A stretch of DNA of 64,000 nucleotides from Candidatus Poribacteria bacterium (GCA_022821065.1 JAJEEK010000057.1:1128-65127), one strand, 5' to 3'; positions 17,873 to 27,290 are shown, numbered from the stretch's first letter. Notes: a model not told the origin generated them from the sequence alone. Program-made: numbers and translations.

Positions 17873-19870
17873 TCACTTTGTACCGTCTGCCGTGTTGCGT
17901 ATGGCAGTCAAATCCCACAGCAGCACCGTCCCGTCTTCGCCCCCGCTCGCCAGTGTTTGTCTATCCGGACTGAATGAAGTGCTGGTGATACCCCACATAT
18001 GTCCCCTAAGGGTTTTCTTCTTCCGTTCTTTGATGACATCCCATAGACGAATCTTTCGCCATAAACTGATACTTACGCCTGAACTCCCACTTTGCGTTGC
18101 GAGAATTCCGCCTTTGGGCGTAAACAACAGACTCCAAAAAGTTCCTTTATATCCTGCCAGTGTCTTCTTTGGCTCGCCAGTATTTGTATCCCACAGGCGA
18201 AGGGTGCCGTCCGGACTTGTGCTTACGAGAATTTTTCCATCAGGACCAAACGAGAGACTTCTAATCTCTGCTGCATGCCCTATGAGTGTGGTCTTGTGTT
18301 CACCAGTGTTTACGACCCACAAGTGGATGTTCCCATTCAGACCGCCACTCGCAAGTGTTGCACCATCGCGGCTGAACGCGAGACTGGTAACACTTTCTGT
18401 ATGCCCTGTGAACACCTGCTTCTGTTTTCCAGAGGCAAGGTCCCATAGACGGATCACCTTGTCCGAACCGCCACTCGCAAGTGTCTTCCCATCTGGGTTG
18501 AACGACACACTTTCAACAAACCCTGTGTGTCCTGTGAATACTTTCTCTTCTTCTCCAGTGTCCGTATTCCATAGGTAGATAGCTGTGTCTCCACTTTTAC
18601 TTTTGATGGTTCGCGCTGTGTAGTCTGAGAAACTTGAGAGATCCGTTTTTTTGCCACTCGCGGCGGCAAGCGTGCGTCCGTCCGGACTAAATGACACGCT
18701 TTCAAAATAACCGATATTCTCTACGTGTTGCCCCGTTAAGTCCACTTTATGCTGTCCGGTGTTTGCGTCCCACAAGCGGACGGTTTCATCCCGACTCATG
18801 GTAGCAAGTGTTTTTCCATCAGGACTAAATGACGTGCCAACTACCCAAATGCCATGCCCTATGATCGTTTTTTGCTGTTCTCCAGTTTTTGCGTCCCATA
18901 GCCGAACCGTATGATGTGAATCGGCACTCGTAAGCGTTTTTCCATCGGGGCTGAACAACACGTGATTGACGTGATCTGTATGGTTTAGTATATTTCTTAG
19001 TTCTCCAGTTTTCGCATCCCATAGACGGATATTTTTGTCTTCACTGCCAGTTACGAGGGTTTGCCCATCTGGACTGAAGGAGACGCTATAGATAGTCGCC
19101 GTATGTCTAAACGTTTTCTGAAGTGTTCCAGTCTTTACATCCCACAAGCAAACGGTATTATCTCTACTGCCACTTGCGAGCGTCTGTCCATCCGGACTGA
19201 ACGACAGACTATAAACATTTTCCGCATGACCTATGAGCGTCTTTCTGAGTTTTCCGGTATCTGTATCCCATAGTGGGATTGGGCCACCCGAATACGCCCC
19301 TGCGAGTATCTGCGCGTCAGGACTGAACACTAAAACGCGTCTGTAATTAAGACCTGTAGCGATTGTTTTTTTCTGCTTGCCCGTTTTTGCATCCCACAGA
19401 TGAATGCCTTTGTAATCTACACTTGCGAGTGTCTTTCCATCCAGACTAAGTGAGATAGGGCTACGCATACGCATATCTTCAAATGTTTGCCTATGTTCCC
19501 GTGCGGCAACATCCCACAATACAACATTGTCTAAACTTCCACTCACGAGGGTTGTGCCATCCGGGCTGAACGATATATTCTCAATACCAACACCGAACTC
19601 ACCTGTCCTGAGCAATGCGAGTTCTTGAAGCGTCTCCGCATCGTAGAGCCAAACGCCGACAGAACTGGCGACTGCTAATAGAGTGCCATCCGGCGAATAT
19701 TGTATATCATTGATTCTGCCTTTACCGATGCGGGCTTTGGCACCTTCGGGTAAACCCCATTGTGTATAATCTTGGGCGAAGCTGCTGGGTAGGTATAGCG
19801 TGGAAAAGATAAGCAGCACGAAAAGAATGGGAAATGAAGTGGGTTTCATACACTCAGATTCCTCTTGCAT
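17873..19870 (-). CDS. Secreted WD40-repeat protein (about 14 blades)
   Basis: 665-aa ORF with a signal peptide and a YTQWGLPEGAKARIGKG N-terminal box shared with the 31320..33221 gene, followed by many WD40 blades. Confidence 0.85.
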   Translation of the reverse strand: MQEESECMKPTSFPILFVLLIFSTLYLPSSFAQDYTQWGLPEGAKARIGKGRINDIQYSPDGTLLAVASSVGVWLYDAETLQELALLRTGEFGVGIENISFSPDGTTLVSGSLDNVVLWDVAAREHRQTFEDMRMRSPISLSLDGKTLASVDYKGIHLWDAKTGKQKKTIATGLNYRRVLVFSPDAQILAGAYSGGPIPLWDTDTGKLRKTLIGHAENVYSLSFSPDGQTLASGSRDNTVCLWDVKTGTLQKTFRHTATIYSVSFSPDGQTLVTGSEDKNIRLWDAKTGELRNILNHTDHVNHVLFSPDGKTLTSADSHHTVRLWDAKTGEQQKTIIGHGIWVVGTSFSPDGKTLATMSRDETVRLWDANTGQHKVDLTGQHVENIGYFESVSFSPDGRTLAAASGKKTDLSSFSDYTARTIKSKSGDTAIYLWNTDTGEEEKVFTGHTGFVESVSFNPDGKTLASGGSDKVIRLWDLASGKQKQVFTGHTESVTSLAFSRDGATLASGGLNGNIHLWVVNTGEHKTTLIGHAAEIRSLSFGPDGKILVSTSPDGTLRLWDTNTGEPKKTLAGYKGTFWSLLFTPKGGILATQSGSSGVSISLWRKIRLWDVIKERKKKTLRGHMWGITSTSFSPDRQTLASGGEDGTVLLWDLTAIRNTADGTK

Positions 19871-19996
19871 AATTGAACACTTTGATGGAATGTCTGTCAG
19901 GGTTTCTGTTTTTTTAAATTATACCACAAAAACAGCGAATATGCCGTTGAAAAATAGCAGCATGATCCTACTGAGGTCTCAGTTCTCTAAATATCT

Positions 19997-20116
19997 TAGG
20001 ACTTACGCATTTTTGAATGTAAACTGTTCTGTGAGATGAATTTTTCTGAAAACACAGCGTTCCTGTACCACAATCTAACAGATTGTGGTACAAAAGAGCG
20101 GCATGCGTAAGTCCTG
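19997..20116 (+). mobile_element. MITE family 1 copy (short subfamily)
   Basis: It carries the family TIRs. The TSD TATCT lies at 19992-19996 and 20117-20121. Confidence 0.85.
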
Positions 20117-20180
20117 TATCTTTTAGGAAAGGCGCGTTAGGTGGTTAATACATCAAGGAAAAGGAGAAGACAATAAATGG

Positions 20181-21614
20181 CTACGCTTCGGTTTCCGTTT
20201 CCACTTCATTATCATGCATAATCTCTTGGAGACCTGTTGCCATACGGAAGGCAACGATGCAAATGCCGATTGAGAGTGCGAACAGCCACTGATAACCGAT
20301 ACGTGGCGCGAGTATCCCACCTAACACCGGTGCGAAACTCACAGGCATGAGTATCGTGTTCATAAACCCGATGTAAGTCGGACGGCTTCGAGGGGGTGCG
20401 ATATTCAACATGTATGCCATAAAGCCGACCATCATACCGTTGCCCAAGATGCCGCCGACGATGAAAATCATCAAAAATGCAGGCATCTGTAATGAAACCG
20501 GTAATATACCTGAAGAAAAAGCGAGCAGTGGCGGGATGCCCATCATACCTGCCGTGATAATCAACACCCATCGCACGCCATACTTTTCACCGACATATCC
20601 CCACATCGTATTTGAAATCACGCCGCTCAGCGCGGAGCTGACGATAAAAAAGCCGATCGTTGCATCTGAAAATCCGAGTTCGTTTAACGCGTAGGGGATG
20701 TAGAACGGGGTCGCCATGCCAGAGAAATGTCCAAAAACTCGGAAGAGGATAAATCTGCGGTAATTCGCGTCTGTACGGAGGAAGTGCGGTCCCTGTTTTA
20801 AATGTTCGGAAATCGGTTGTCGATTCGGTTGGACAGGGTGGATCGGTTCACGGACACCCAAAAAACTGATGAATGAGAGGAACGCCGCAGTTACTGAGCA
20901 GATGAAAAGAAAGGCGTAGTTGTAGGGGAAACCGAGATCCGTCTCAACATTACAGATGGTGCCGATAAAGTACATGGTGAACGATTTGAAGGCTTGTGTG
21001 ATACCGCCGAGCATGCCCGTAAATTCGGATTCGTCTCCGAGCACGGCGCGCACGAGGAACCCGACCCAGATAGCAAAAAAACCGCCGTATAACTGGCGGA
21101 GGCTGAAGAAACGGGCGCGGCGCTGCGGTTCTATCGCCTTGGAGACAATGTCCATGTAAGGGAGCGTCGAGACCCCCATCGCAGAGGAAGATAAGAAATA
21201 GAATCCGAGAAAACAGCCTGCGAGCAGCATCGGATTTTGCTCACCGATTGTGATAGTACATAAAAAGATAGCGAGCCATGCCAGCACACGAATACTCATA
21301 CCGAGCGCGTAGAACGGCATTTTACGCGGACGGTGTTCCAGTAGGTTTGACATCAACAGCTGCGGCCACATCCAACCTGCTGTCATCATTGACCCAGTTA
21401 ACCCTACCAGAAGATCAGAACCGCTTAATTTATGGATAAAAGCCGGCAGTACGGTCGATGAATCCGCAAATGCGAGGTTAATACGCATGAATGTGCCTTG
21501 GAGCAGCGCAAATCGGAAGTTTCGCCGTTGGGTTTTTAATTTACCTTGCGGTTCGGTTAGGTTGCTCTGATTGATAAGTTTAATTTCCGTAGTTCCACCT
21601 CGAACGTTGTTCAA
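20181..21614 (-). CDS. MFS-type transporter
   Basis: 477-aa ORF that is hydrophobic throughout, with about 12 predicted helices by eye. The specific subfamily was not recognised. Confidence 0.65.
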   Translation of the reverse strand: MNNVRGGTTEIKLINQSNLTEPQGKLKTQRRNFRFALLQGTFMRINLAFADSSTVLPAFIHKLSGSDLLVGLTGSMMTAGWMWPQLLMSNLLEHRPRKMPFYALGMSIRVLAWLAIFLCTITIGEQNPMLLAGCFLGFYFLSSSAMGVSTLPYMDIVSKAIEPQRRARFFSLRQLYGGFFAIWVGFLVRAVLGDESEFTGMLGGITQAFKSFTMYFIGTICNVETDLGFPYNYAFLFICSVTAAFLSFISFLGVREPIHPVQPNRQPISEHLKQGPHFLRTDANYRRFILFRVFGHFSGMATPFYIPYALNELGFSDATIGFFIVSSALSGVISNTMWGYVGEKYGVRWVLIITAGMMGIPPLLAFSSGILPVSLQMPAFLMIFIVGGILGNGMMVGFMAYMLNIAPPRSRPTYIGFMNTILMPVSFAPVLGGILAPRIGYQWLFALSIGICIVAFRMATGLQEIMHDNEVETETEA

Positions 21615-21637
21615 GGCTATGTTTTTTGTTTTTTAAT

Positions 21638-21788
21638 CAAGACTTACGCAATTTTTGACTGTAGGTGGTTGTGTTAGCCCCCCCTGTATCCCCCCGCAAG
21701 CGGGGGGTTAGGGGGGTTGGAAAACACAACGTTCTATCAGCACAAACTAACAGTTTATGGTACAAAAGAGCATCATGCGTAAGTCCTA
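21638..21788 (+). mobile_element. MITE family 1 copy (long subfamily)
   Basis: TIRs are AAGACTTACGCA and TGCGTAAGTCCT. The TSD TTAAT lies at 21633-21637 and 21789-21793. It contains the nested GC-rich hairpin. Confidence 0.85.
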
Positions 21789-21969
21789 TTAATTTTTCTT
21801 GTAATTCGATGAGGTTCACTTAGGGTTTATATAGGGCATGCGAAATTCTGCACTTTATCTTTTGACATAATTTCAGTAATTAGGTTGAATTGAAATGCCA
21901 ACGCGGACAAAATTCTCTTTACAGTGCATCGAGGTCGTGGTAAATTGGAGATAAATTTTTATTTTTTTA

Positions 21970-22953
21970 ATGGCTGTCAGCAGAATAGCCAAAAAGGAAA
22001 CAGATATGGAACCTCTTCGGATAGGATTTCTCGGTGCCGGTGGTTTTGCACGGCACACCATTTATCCCGCACTTCATCTCGCGCCCGTCGCATTGCAAGC
22101 CGTTTGTGATGCTGACGAAGATCGCGCAAAGGCTGCCGCTGGCAAATTCGGCACAGGTCGATATTACACTGATCGGCACGAAATGTTTGAAAAAGAAGAC
22201 CTCGAAGCCGTTATTATCTCCATGGGGCCTGATCCGAGGCAGCCGCTTGTCCTCGAAACCCTCGCGGCGGGGTATCATGTATTCACACCGAAACCGCCGG
22301 CACCCTCCCTTGAAGAGACGATCACTTTGGCAGAAACCGCGGAAAAACACGGTAAGACACTTATGGTGAACTTCCAGCGGCGTTTCAGTCAAGGCGTACG
22401 TCAAGCGAAAGCGATCATGCAGACCGAATCCTTCGGTACACTCACCCAACTCTTCTGCTCGTTCTGCAGCGGAAAATACCCGACGGTCAAAAGTTACTTA
22501 CTCGATTTTGCGATCCATCACTTTGATTTAGCGAGGCACATCGCAGGCGCGGATGTGAAAGAACTCTCTGTTTTTCACAACGAGGTTGACGGACAAGGTG
22601 CGTTCGCTGTCGCTGTAGAATACACCAACGGTGCAGTCGGCAGTCTACAACTTACGAGTCAACGGTTGTGGCGACGTAACTATGACTACATCGAAATCAC
22701 CGGACAACACGAATACATCGTTTTAGACGGGTTGTGGGGTGCCCAACATTTCACTGAATCTGGGAACACCTTTACCTCTAATTTCTCCGATGAACGCAAC
22801 GGTGAGCTGACCGGCGATGGCATCAGCCTCACGGAGTTTGTCAATGCGATTCGTGAGGGGCGGGAACCGGTATCGAGTATCCAAGATTGCGTTGGCACGA
22901 TGCGGTTCTACGATGCCGTGCTTCAACGGAAAAAAGGGGTCATTAGCCTTTAG
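21970..22953 (+). CDS. Gfo/Idh/MocA family oxidoreductase
   Basis: LRIGFLGAGGFARHTIYPAL is a Rossmann motif. The true start may be the ATG at 22006 (MEPLRIG). Confidence 0.85.
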   Translation: MAVSRIAKKETDMEPLRIGFLGAGGFARHTIYPALHLAPVALQAVCDADEDRAKAAAGKFGTGRYYTDRHEMFEKEDLEAVIISMGPDPRQPLVLETLAAGYHVFTPKPPAPSLEETITLAETAEKHGKTLMVNFQRRFSQGVRQAKAIMQTESFGTLTQLFCSFCSGKYPTVKSYLLDFAIHHFDLARHIAGADVKELSVFHNEVDGQGAFAVAVEYTNGAVGSLQLTSQRLWRRNYDYIEITGQHEYIVLDGLWGAQHFTESGNTFTSNFSDERNGELTGDGISLTEFVNAIREGREPVSSIQDCVGTMRFYDAVLQRKKGVISL

Positions 22954-22965
22954 TACAAAAAAGAC

Positions 22966-22994
22966 TTGCCTAATTTTCACCTTCCTGATATACT
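22966..22994 (+). promoter_or_regulatory. Sigma-70-like promoter (TTGCCT-17-TATACT)
   Basis: The -35 box TTGCCT lies at 22966-22971 and the -10 box TATACT at 22989-22994, with a 17-nt spacer. The predicted start falls at the base of the structured leader. Confidence 0.45.
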
Positions 22995-23001
22995 ATTTAA
23001 A

Positions 23002-23087
23002 CCAGTTTGGGTGGCACTGCTATGAAACGGAGCCTCTCTCCGTTTTCTGCCACCCTCCCACCATAGCAGGCGGATAAATCAAACTGG
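23002..23087 (+). promoter_or_regulatory. Highly structured 86-nt 5' leader (candidate cis-regulatory RNA) of the 23102 gene
   Basis: Four perfect helices are present: 23002-09/23080-87, 23010-16/23048-54, 23017-24/23062-69 and 23025-32/23038-45. The second and third cross each other, giving pseudoknot or alternative-fold topology. Confidence 0.5.
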
Positions 23088-23101
23088 AACTGGAATACTC
23101 C

Positions 23102-23467
23102 ATGAAAACGATTCTCATACTCTCGATACTTTTTTCTCTGGTAACTTTACCGGCTCTTGGCGAGTTGACCGACGCGGACCTCAATCAGATACGCTTGATT
23201 GTCAAACAAGAAGTCAAAACAGAGATCGCCAACGCCGAGAAACGCATAAATGAGCATACCAACGTCAAAATAGACAGTTTGAAAACGCCTGTCGTATGGC
23301 TCATCGGTATTCTTGTGGTTCTGATAGCACCCATAGGTATTCCTTTGGTCGTTTTGACAATCATGATGGGTTGGCGAAGCGTTAAAGACAGCTCCCAAGA
23401 AAAAATCAATCAAGAACTCCGAGAAGAAATCGAAGCACTGAAACAACAGCTGATCGTCCGACCCTAA
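23102..23467 (+). CDS. Small membrane protein (signal peptide, coiled coil, one TM helix, coiled coil)
   Basis: 121-aa ORF. It has the N-terminal signal MKTILILSILFSLVTLPALG and the central TM helix VVWLIGILVVLIAPIGIPLVVLTIMMGW. No family recognised. Confidence 0.5.
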   Translation: MKTILILSILFSLVTLPALGELTDADLNQIRLIVKQEVKTEIANAEKRINEHTNVKIDSLKTPVVWLIGILVVLIAPIGIPLVVLTIMMGWRSVKDSSQEKINQELREEIEALKQQLIVRP

Positions 23468-23519
23468 ACGCAATTTGCAGCTGCTCCCGCTCATCGGGGC
23501 GTACCTGAACACACTTATT

Positions 23520-24980
23520 CTATGTGCTTTCGGAATTAATGCCCTCCAATACCGCAAGGCACGTCTTCCCATTAACCAACCGATGATAATACTGCACAAC
23601 CCGTTCTAAAAAGTCCTGATTCCCGTCCAAACCCGTCGGTGATGTTGCCCCAGCGGGTGACCACAGGGCTGCATTTGAGAAAATAGACGTAATCCGTCCT
23701 TCCACGGCTATTTGACTCGCGCCAAACGACCCTCTCAGAATATCTTGTATCGTCCGGTCAGGGTCTCGGATTTCATATTCTGCAGCAGTATCGGTGATAC
23801 CCCTATAGTCATCAAGAGACGAGATTGCGTGTGGCGTTAAAAACCGAAGCACCGTTGCGAAGGAATACGCGAAGTCGGCTTTGAAAAGTTCCGTGCTGGC
23901 ATCGTAGTTCGGTGAACGGACGATATCGGCGGCGCGTTCGCGGAGTTTCACGGTTTCAATGATGTTAATCCGGGCGTTGTCGTCTTTGACACGGCGGATG
24001 CGGTCAACGAATTCCAGCGTGTATGCCTGCGCACTTTTACCGGCAATCGGGATATCTGCTTCCACGATCTCCGCGTATCCGTTCATCAAGCGTTCCAAAT
24101 GCGGTGCGAACACTGGATGTGACGCTGCTTCGTTCACGTAGTCAATCCCAGAGAGCGTCCCTTTGTGTGTAATCCCGGGTACATGTACGGAATTCACCAA
24201 GAGAAGCTTCCAATCGTGATAGGGTTCGATGCTCTCGTGCCTCACAATAACGCCGTAGTCTTGAAGTTCACCAAACGGCACGCGTAACATATTGTTTAAA
24301 TCTTCAAGAATCAACGGTGTTGCTGGCATCGCCTCAGCATACGTCACCAATTCATCTGGTGCCTCAATTTGTGCTTGTGCAGCCGCTTTAATTTCGTCAG
24401 GGACAGCATAGGCCTGTGGCACGAGTCGGTCACCCATTTCGTTGAGGAAACCGACATTTGTTTCTAACCACGTATCATAACCATTCCCCCGCTTCGGATA
24501 CTCGTTGCAGAGAATATCACGGATGACATCGCCGTTATTTCGGAGGTTATCGGTATTGATAACACAGAGCGTCACCTCAGCACCGTGGTGGCAAAAGTAG
24601 CGGTAGAGGGTCTCATCCAACACATCCATCGCCAGCTCACCTTTAGCGATCCCGGCTTCTGTTACACCAATAAGGATAAGATCAAGCGGGTTCTCAGTTT
24701 GCGCATAAAACTGCTCACGCCCGGCTTCTGTTGCAAGTGTCGTCGCGCCGGCCACACTTGAAACCTGTTGGATCTCGTGAATACCATTTAGGTCAAATGT
24801 GACAACATGGTATATCCCGTTCTGTTGGTTAAAAGCATCGGCTTTTTCAGCACCGCGAGGCTGCCCGACGAAGATACCGCCGTTGTAGAGGTTCCGTTCG
24901 TTGAGGATATGAACGAATTCGTGGGTTAAGGCGCGTTGTAATCCGCCTGCACCGATAGCAAGTATTTTGATTGGGCGCAT
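23520..24980 (-). CDS. Mannitol dehydrogenase family oxidoreductase (tagaturonate/altronate-reductase-like)
   Basis: 486-aa ORF with KILAIGAGGLQRAL Rossmann, GVTEAGI, VINTDNLRNNG and NEMGDRLVP motifs resembling the UxaB/UxuB family. Confidence 0.6.
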   Translation of the reverse strand: MRPIKILAIGAGGLQRALTHEFVHILNERNLYNGGIFVGQPRGAEKADAFNQQNGIYHVVTFDLNGIHEIQQVSSVAGATTLATEAGREQFYAQTENPLDLILIGVTEAGIAKGELAMDVLDETLYRYFCHHGAEVTLCVINTDNLRNNGDVIRDILCNEYPKRGNGYDTWLETNVGFLNEMGDRLVPQAYAVPDEIKAAAQAQIEAPDELVTYAEAMPATPLILEDLNNMLRVPFGELQDYGVIVRHESIEPYHDWKLLLVNSVHVPGITHKGTLSGIDYVNEAASHPVFAPHLERLMNGYAEIVEADIPIAGKSAQAYTLEFVDRIRRVKDDNARINIIETVKLRERAADIVRSPNYDASTELFKADFAYSFATVLRFLTPHAISSLDDYRGITDTAAEYEIRDPDRTIQDILRGSFGASQIAVEGRITSIFSNAALWSPAGATSPTGLDGNQDFLERVVQYYHRLVNGKTCLAVLEGINSEST

Positions 24981-25060
24981 TTTTGTTCTCCTTTGGCTGG
25001 TATGACTACGATTAATAAAAAGGGTTAGACCTACGCGGCACAGCCTAACAGGAAACCATG

Positions 25061-26209
25061 CTACGAATTTTCTTTTTCTAAAATATCAGTATAGAGGTTT
25101 AAATAAGCATCAGCGATGTGTTTCCAATCGTAGGGTTTGACGCGTTCAGTGCTCGCCTTGCCCATTTCAACCCGACGTTCACCCGCGTTAATCAGTTTGA
25201 CGAGGCAGTTCGCAAGTTCGTCAACATTTCCCGGATCAAACAATGCACCGTTAATGTTTTCTGCCACCAGCTCATCAATACCTTGAACGCGACTGGCAAC
25301 AATCGGCAAACCTGTCCCCATCGCCTCCAAAACGACAAGCGGCATCCCTTCCGCGAGTGAGGGTAAGATGAACAGATCAGCATCCCGATATTTTTGTAGC
25401 AATTCGGAATACGGCACCGAACCTGAAAAGTGGATGTGTGAGGCTACGCCGAGGTCTTCTGCTAATCTCAGGAGTTCTATCTTATACGGTCCATCACCGA
25501 CAATTTCGATTTCAAAGTTATGTGAGACGTTTTCAAGGACTTGGGGCAGGGCGCGGATGAGAAATTGGAACCCTTTGCGGGGGATGAGTCTCCCGATTGT
25601 AAGAACTCGGACTTTTTCAGGAGAGGCATCACGCTGGACCGGTGTAAAAGTTTCCAAATCCACAGCATCCGGAATCACCTTCATTTTTATCTCCGAATCC
25701 GTCTCTTGCGCGAGTTCGCGTAAGCCTTCGCTACAAGCGACGACTGCTGATGCGTTACCCCAAATCGCTCGGATAATCGGTTTTAGGAACAGGTATAGCC
25801 ACCGATAATAGGGTGGATCTGGATTGCGGCTCGGTACGTCGCGCCCTCCCAGAAATACGATGTATGGCACGTTGCGGGTTCTCCGCAGCAGATACGCGCC
25901 ACCCCCCGCAGGAATCCCAAAAAAGACCTGGACGATATCGGGTTGAAACTTTTTCGCAAACTGTAATCCGTAGAGACTCGAACTTACCGCATAAGTCAGC
26001 ATTTCGTGTACAGCACACACATCAGGACTTTTCCGAAGTGCACGCACACGATGGATATGAAAACCTTCTATCATCTCATCTTTCGGGCAATCGCGAAACC
26101 GAGAAGTAATCAGATGTACCTCGTGTCCGGCTGCTGCGAAGTGTTTGCCTAAAAAATGGCTGACCCAACCGCCGCCACCACCAATCGGCGGAAATTCGTG
26201 ATTAAACAT
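25061..26209 (-). CDS. Family 4 (GT-B) glycosyltransferase
   Basis: It carries MFNHEFPPIGGGGGW and EGMPLVVLEAMGTGLPIVAS motifs. I place the start at the ATG at 26209. The ORF-track start at 26281 lies inside a repeated leader module. Confidence 0.85.
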   Translation of the reverse strand: MFNHEFPPIGGGGGWVSHFLGKHFAAAGHEVHLITSRFRDCPKDEMIEGFHIHRVRALRKSPDVCAVHEMLTYAVSSSLYGLQFAKKFQPDIVQVFFGIPAGGGAYLLRRTRNVPYIVFLGGRDVPSRNPDPPYYRWLYLFLKPIIRAIWGNASAVVACSEGLRELAQETDSEIKMKVIPDAVDLETFTPVQRDASPEKVRVLTIGRLIPRKGFQFLIRALPQVLENVSHNFEIEIVGDGPYKIELLRLAEDLGVASHIHFSGSVPYSELLQKYRDADLFILPSLAEGMPLVVLEAMGTGLPIVASRVQGIDELVAENINGALFDPGNVDELANCLVKLINAGERRVEMGKASTERVKPYDWKHIADAYLNLYTDILEKENS

Positions 26210-26349
26210 CAATATTTTTAATTTTTCCTTGCGGTTCGTATTTTTAATTTTCCTTGCGGTTCGGTCAAGCGGGTTGGTCATTTAGAGTGCCTCTCCGTAG
26301 ATCTGAAGAAACGCCCAAGCAAAAACCCTTCCACTTCGTTTCAGGCTAC
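26210..26349 (-). promoter_or_regulatory. Conserved intergenic leader module (copy 2, with the distal block tandemly duplicated)
   Basis: The minus strand reads TAGCCTGAAACGAAGTGGAAGG..AACCCGCTTGACCGAACCGCAAGGAAAATTAAAAATACGAACCGCAAGGAAAAATTAAAAATATTGATG. The first TAG is the RimK stop codon. Confidence 0.55.
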
Positions 26350-27236
26350 AGACGTTTATTTTTCTGTGCAAACTCTGTCGCAAATTTAATAATTGCAGCA
26401 GCGATGTTGATGCCGGCGACCGATTGTAGTTCTTCAAACCCTGGCGACGGGTTGACTTCTAACACGACGGGTCCTTCGTTTGTCTCCAATAGATCAACAC
26501 CTGCTATCTCCAATTCCAGTGCTGCTGTCGCTTTTATAGCGAGGCGGGTATATTCTTCCGGTAGCGTGACGGCTTCTCCCGACGCGCCTTTGTGAATATT
26601 GGCTCGGAATTCACCAAGCGGTGCACTCCTTTTCATCGCAGCAACCGCTTCACCACCGACAACGAGAACACGGATGTCTACTCCATCCGCTTCCTTAACG
26701 AAAGCCTGGATCACGTAATCGTGATGGAGATCACAGAGGGCGTCCACGGTTGAAGTGAGCGATGTCGGTGTGTCTAACAACATAACGCCTCTGCCGTGTG
26801 TACCGTAAAACGGTTTTAAAATAAACGGATACTCTCCCATTTCGGCTACGGCGTTCTCTAAAAACGCGGCGGAACCGACGGTGAGGCTCGGTGGGATAGG
26901 TAAGCCGTGTTGGGCAAGGATACGTAGCGAACGGAATTTGTGTCGTGCTGTCGCAATCGCTTTTGAACGATTGACGACAGGCGTTCCCATCCATTCAAAG
27001 TGCGCGATCACTTCTTCGCCGTACTGTGCTGTTGTACGACTGAGTCGTGGCAAGAGGACATCAATATCCGTTACCGGTTTACCGTGATAAGTGATGCGGT
27101 TGCCGGTGCCGCCGATATGGAGGTAGAAACCGAAGGGGTCTAAAACTTCTGCGGTATGTCCTGCAGCGCGGGCAGCTTCGCTGAGGCTGCGTGTAGAGTG
27201 GTTTTGAGGTCCCCGGGAGAGGATACCGATTTTCAT
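26346..27236 (-). CDS. RimK-family ATP-grasp alpha-L-glutamate ligase
   Basis: 296-aa ORF starting MKIGILSRGP..STRSL, with ATP-grasp motifs throughout. Confidence 0.8.
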   Translation of the reverse strand: MKIGILSRGPQNHSTRSLSEAARAAGHTAEVLDPFGFYLHIGGTGNRITYHGKPVTDIDVLLPRLSRTTAQYGEEVIAHFEWMGTPVVNRSKAIATARHKFRSLRILAQHGLPIPPSLTVGSAAFLENAVAEMGEYPFILKPFYGTHGRGVMLLDTPTSLTSTVDALCDLHHDYVIQAFVKEADGVDIRVLVVGGEAVAAMKRSAPLGEFRANIHKGASGEAVTLPEEYTRLAIKATAALELEIAGVDLLETNEGPVVLEVNPSPGFEELQSVAGINIAAAIIKFATEFAQKNKRL

Positions 27237-27290
27237 CTATTTATTCTATCATCGTTTTAAGGGTTTTGGCAGCACACTCAGATGAGATAA

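Noticed and set aside
17029-18578. Long plus-strand ORFs (17029-17538, 17757-18578, and likewise 32566-33081 and 33237-33608) run antisense to the WD40 genes.
   Set aside because: They are shadow ORFs of highly repetitive, codon-biased WD40 genes. Their translations are low-complexity (S/P/R-rich), have no recognisable domains, and overlap well-supported genes entirely.
24981-25060. The sequence TTAGACCTACGCGGCACAGCCTAACAGG could be a degenerate solo MITE end. Likewise GACAAGCGGTTTACGTAAGTCTTGTC at 54165-54190.
   Set aside because: The similarity to the family-1 TIR is limited to 7-9 nt with mismatches, and no second end or duplication is visible. This is insufficient to call.
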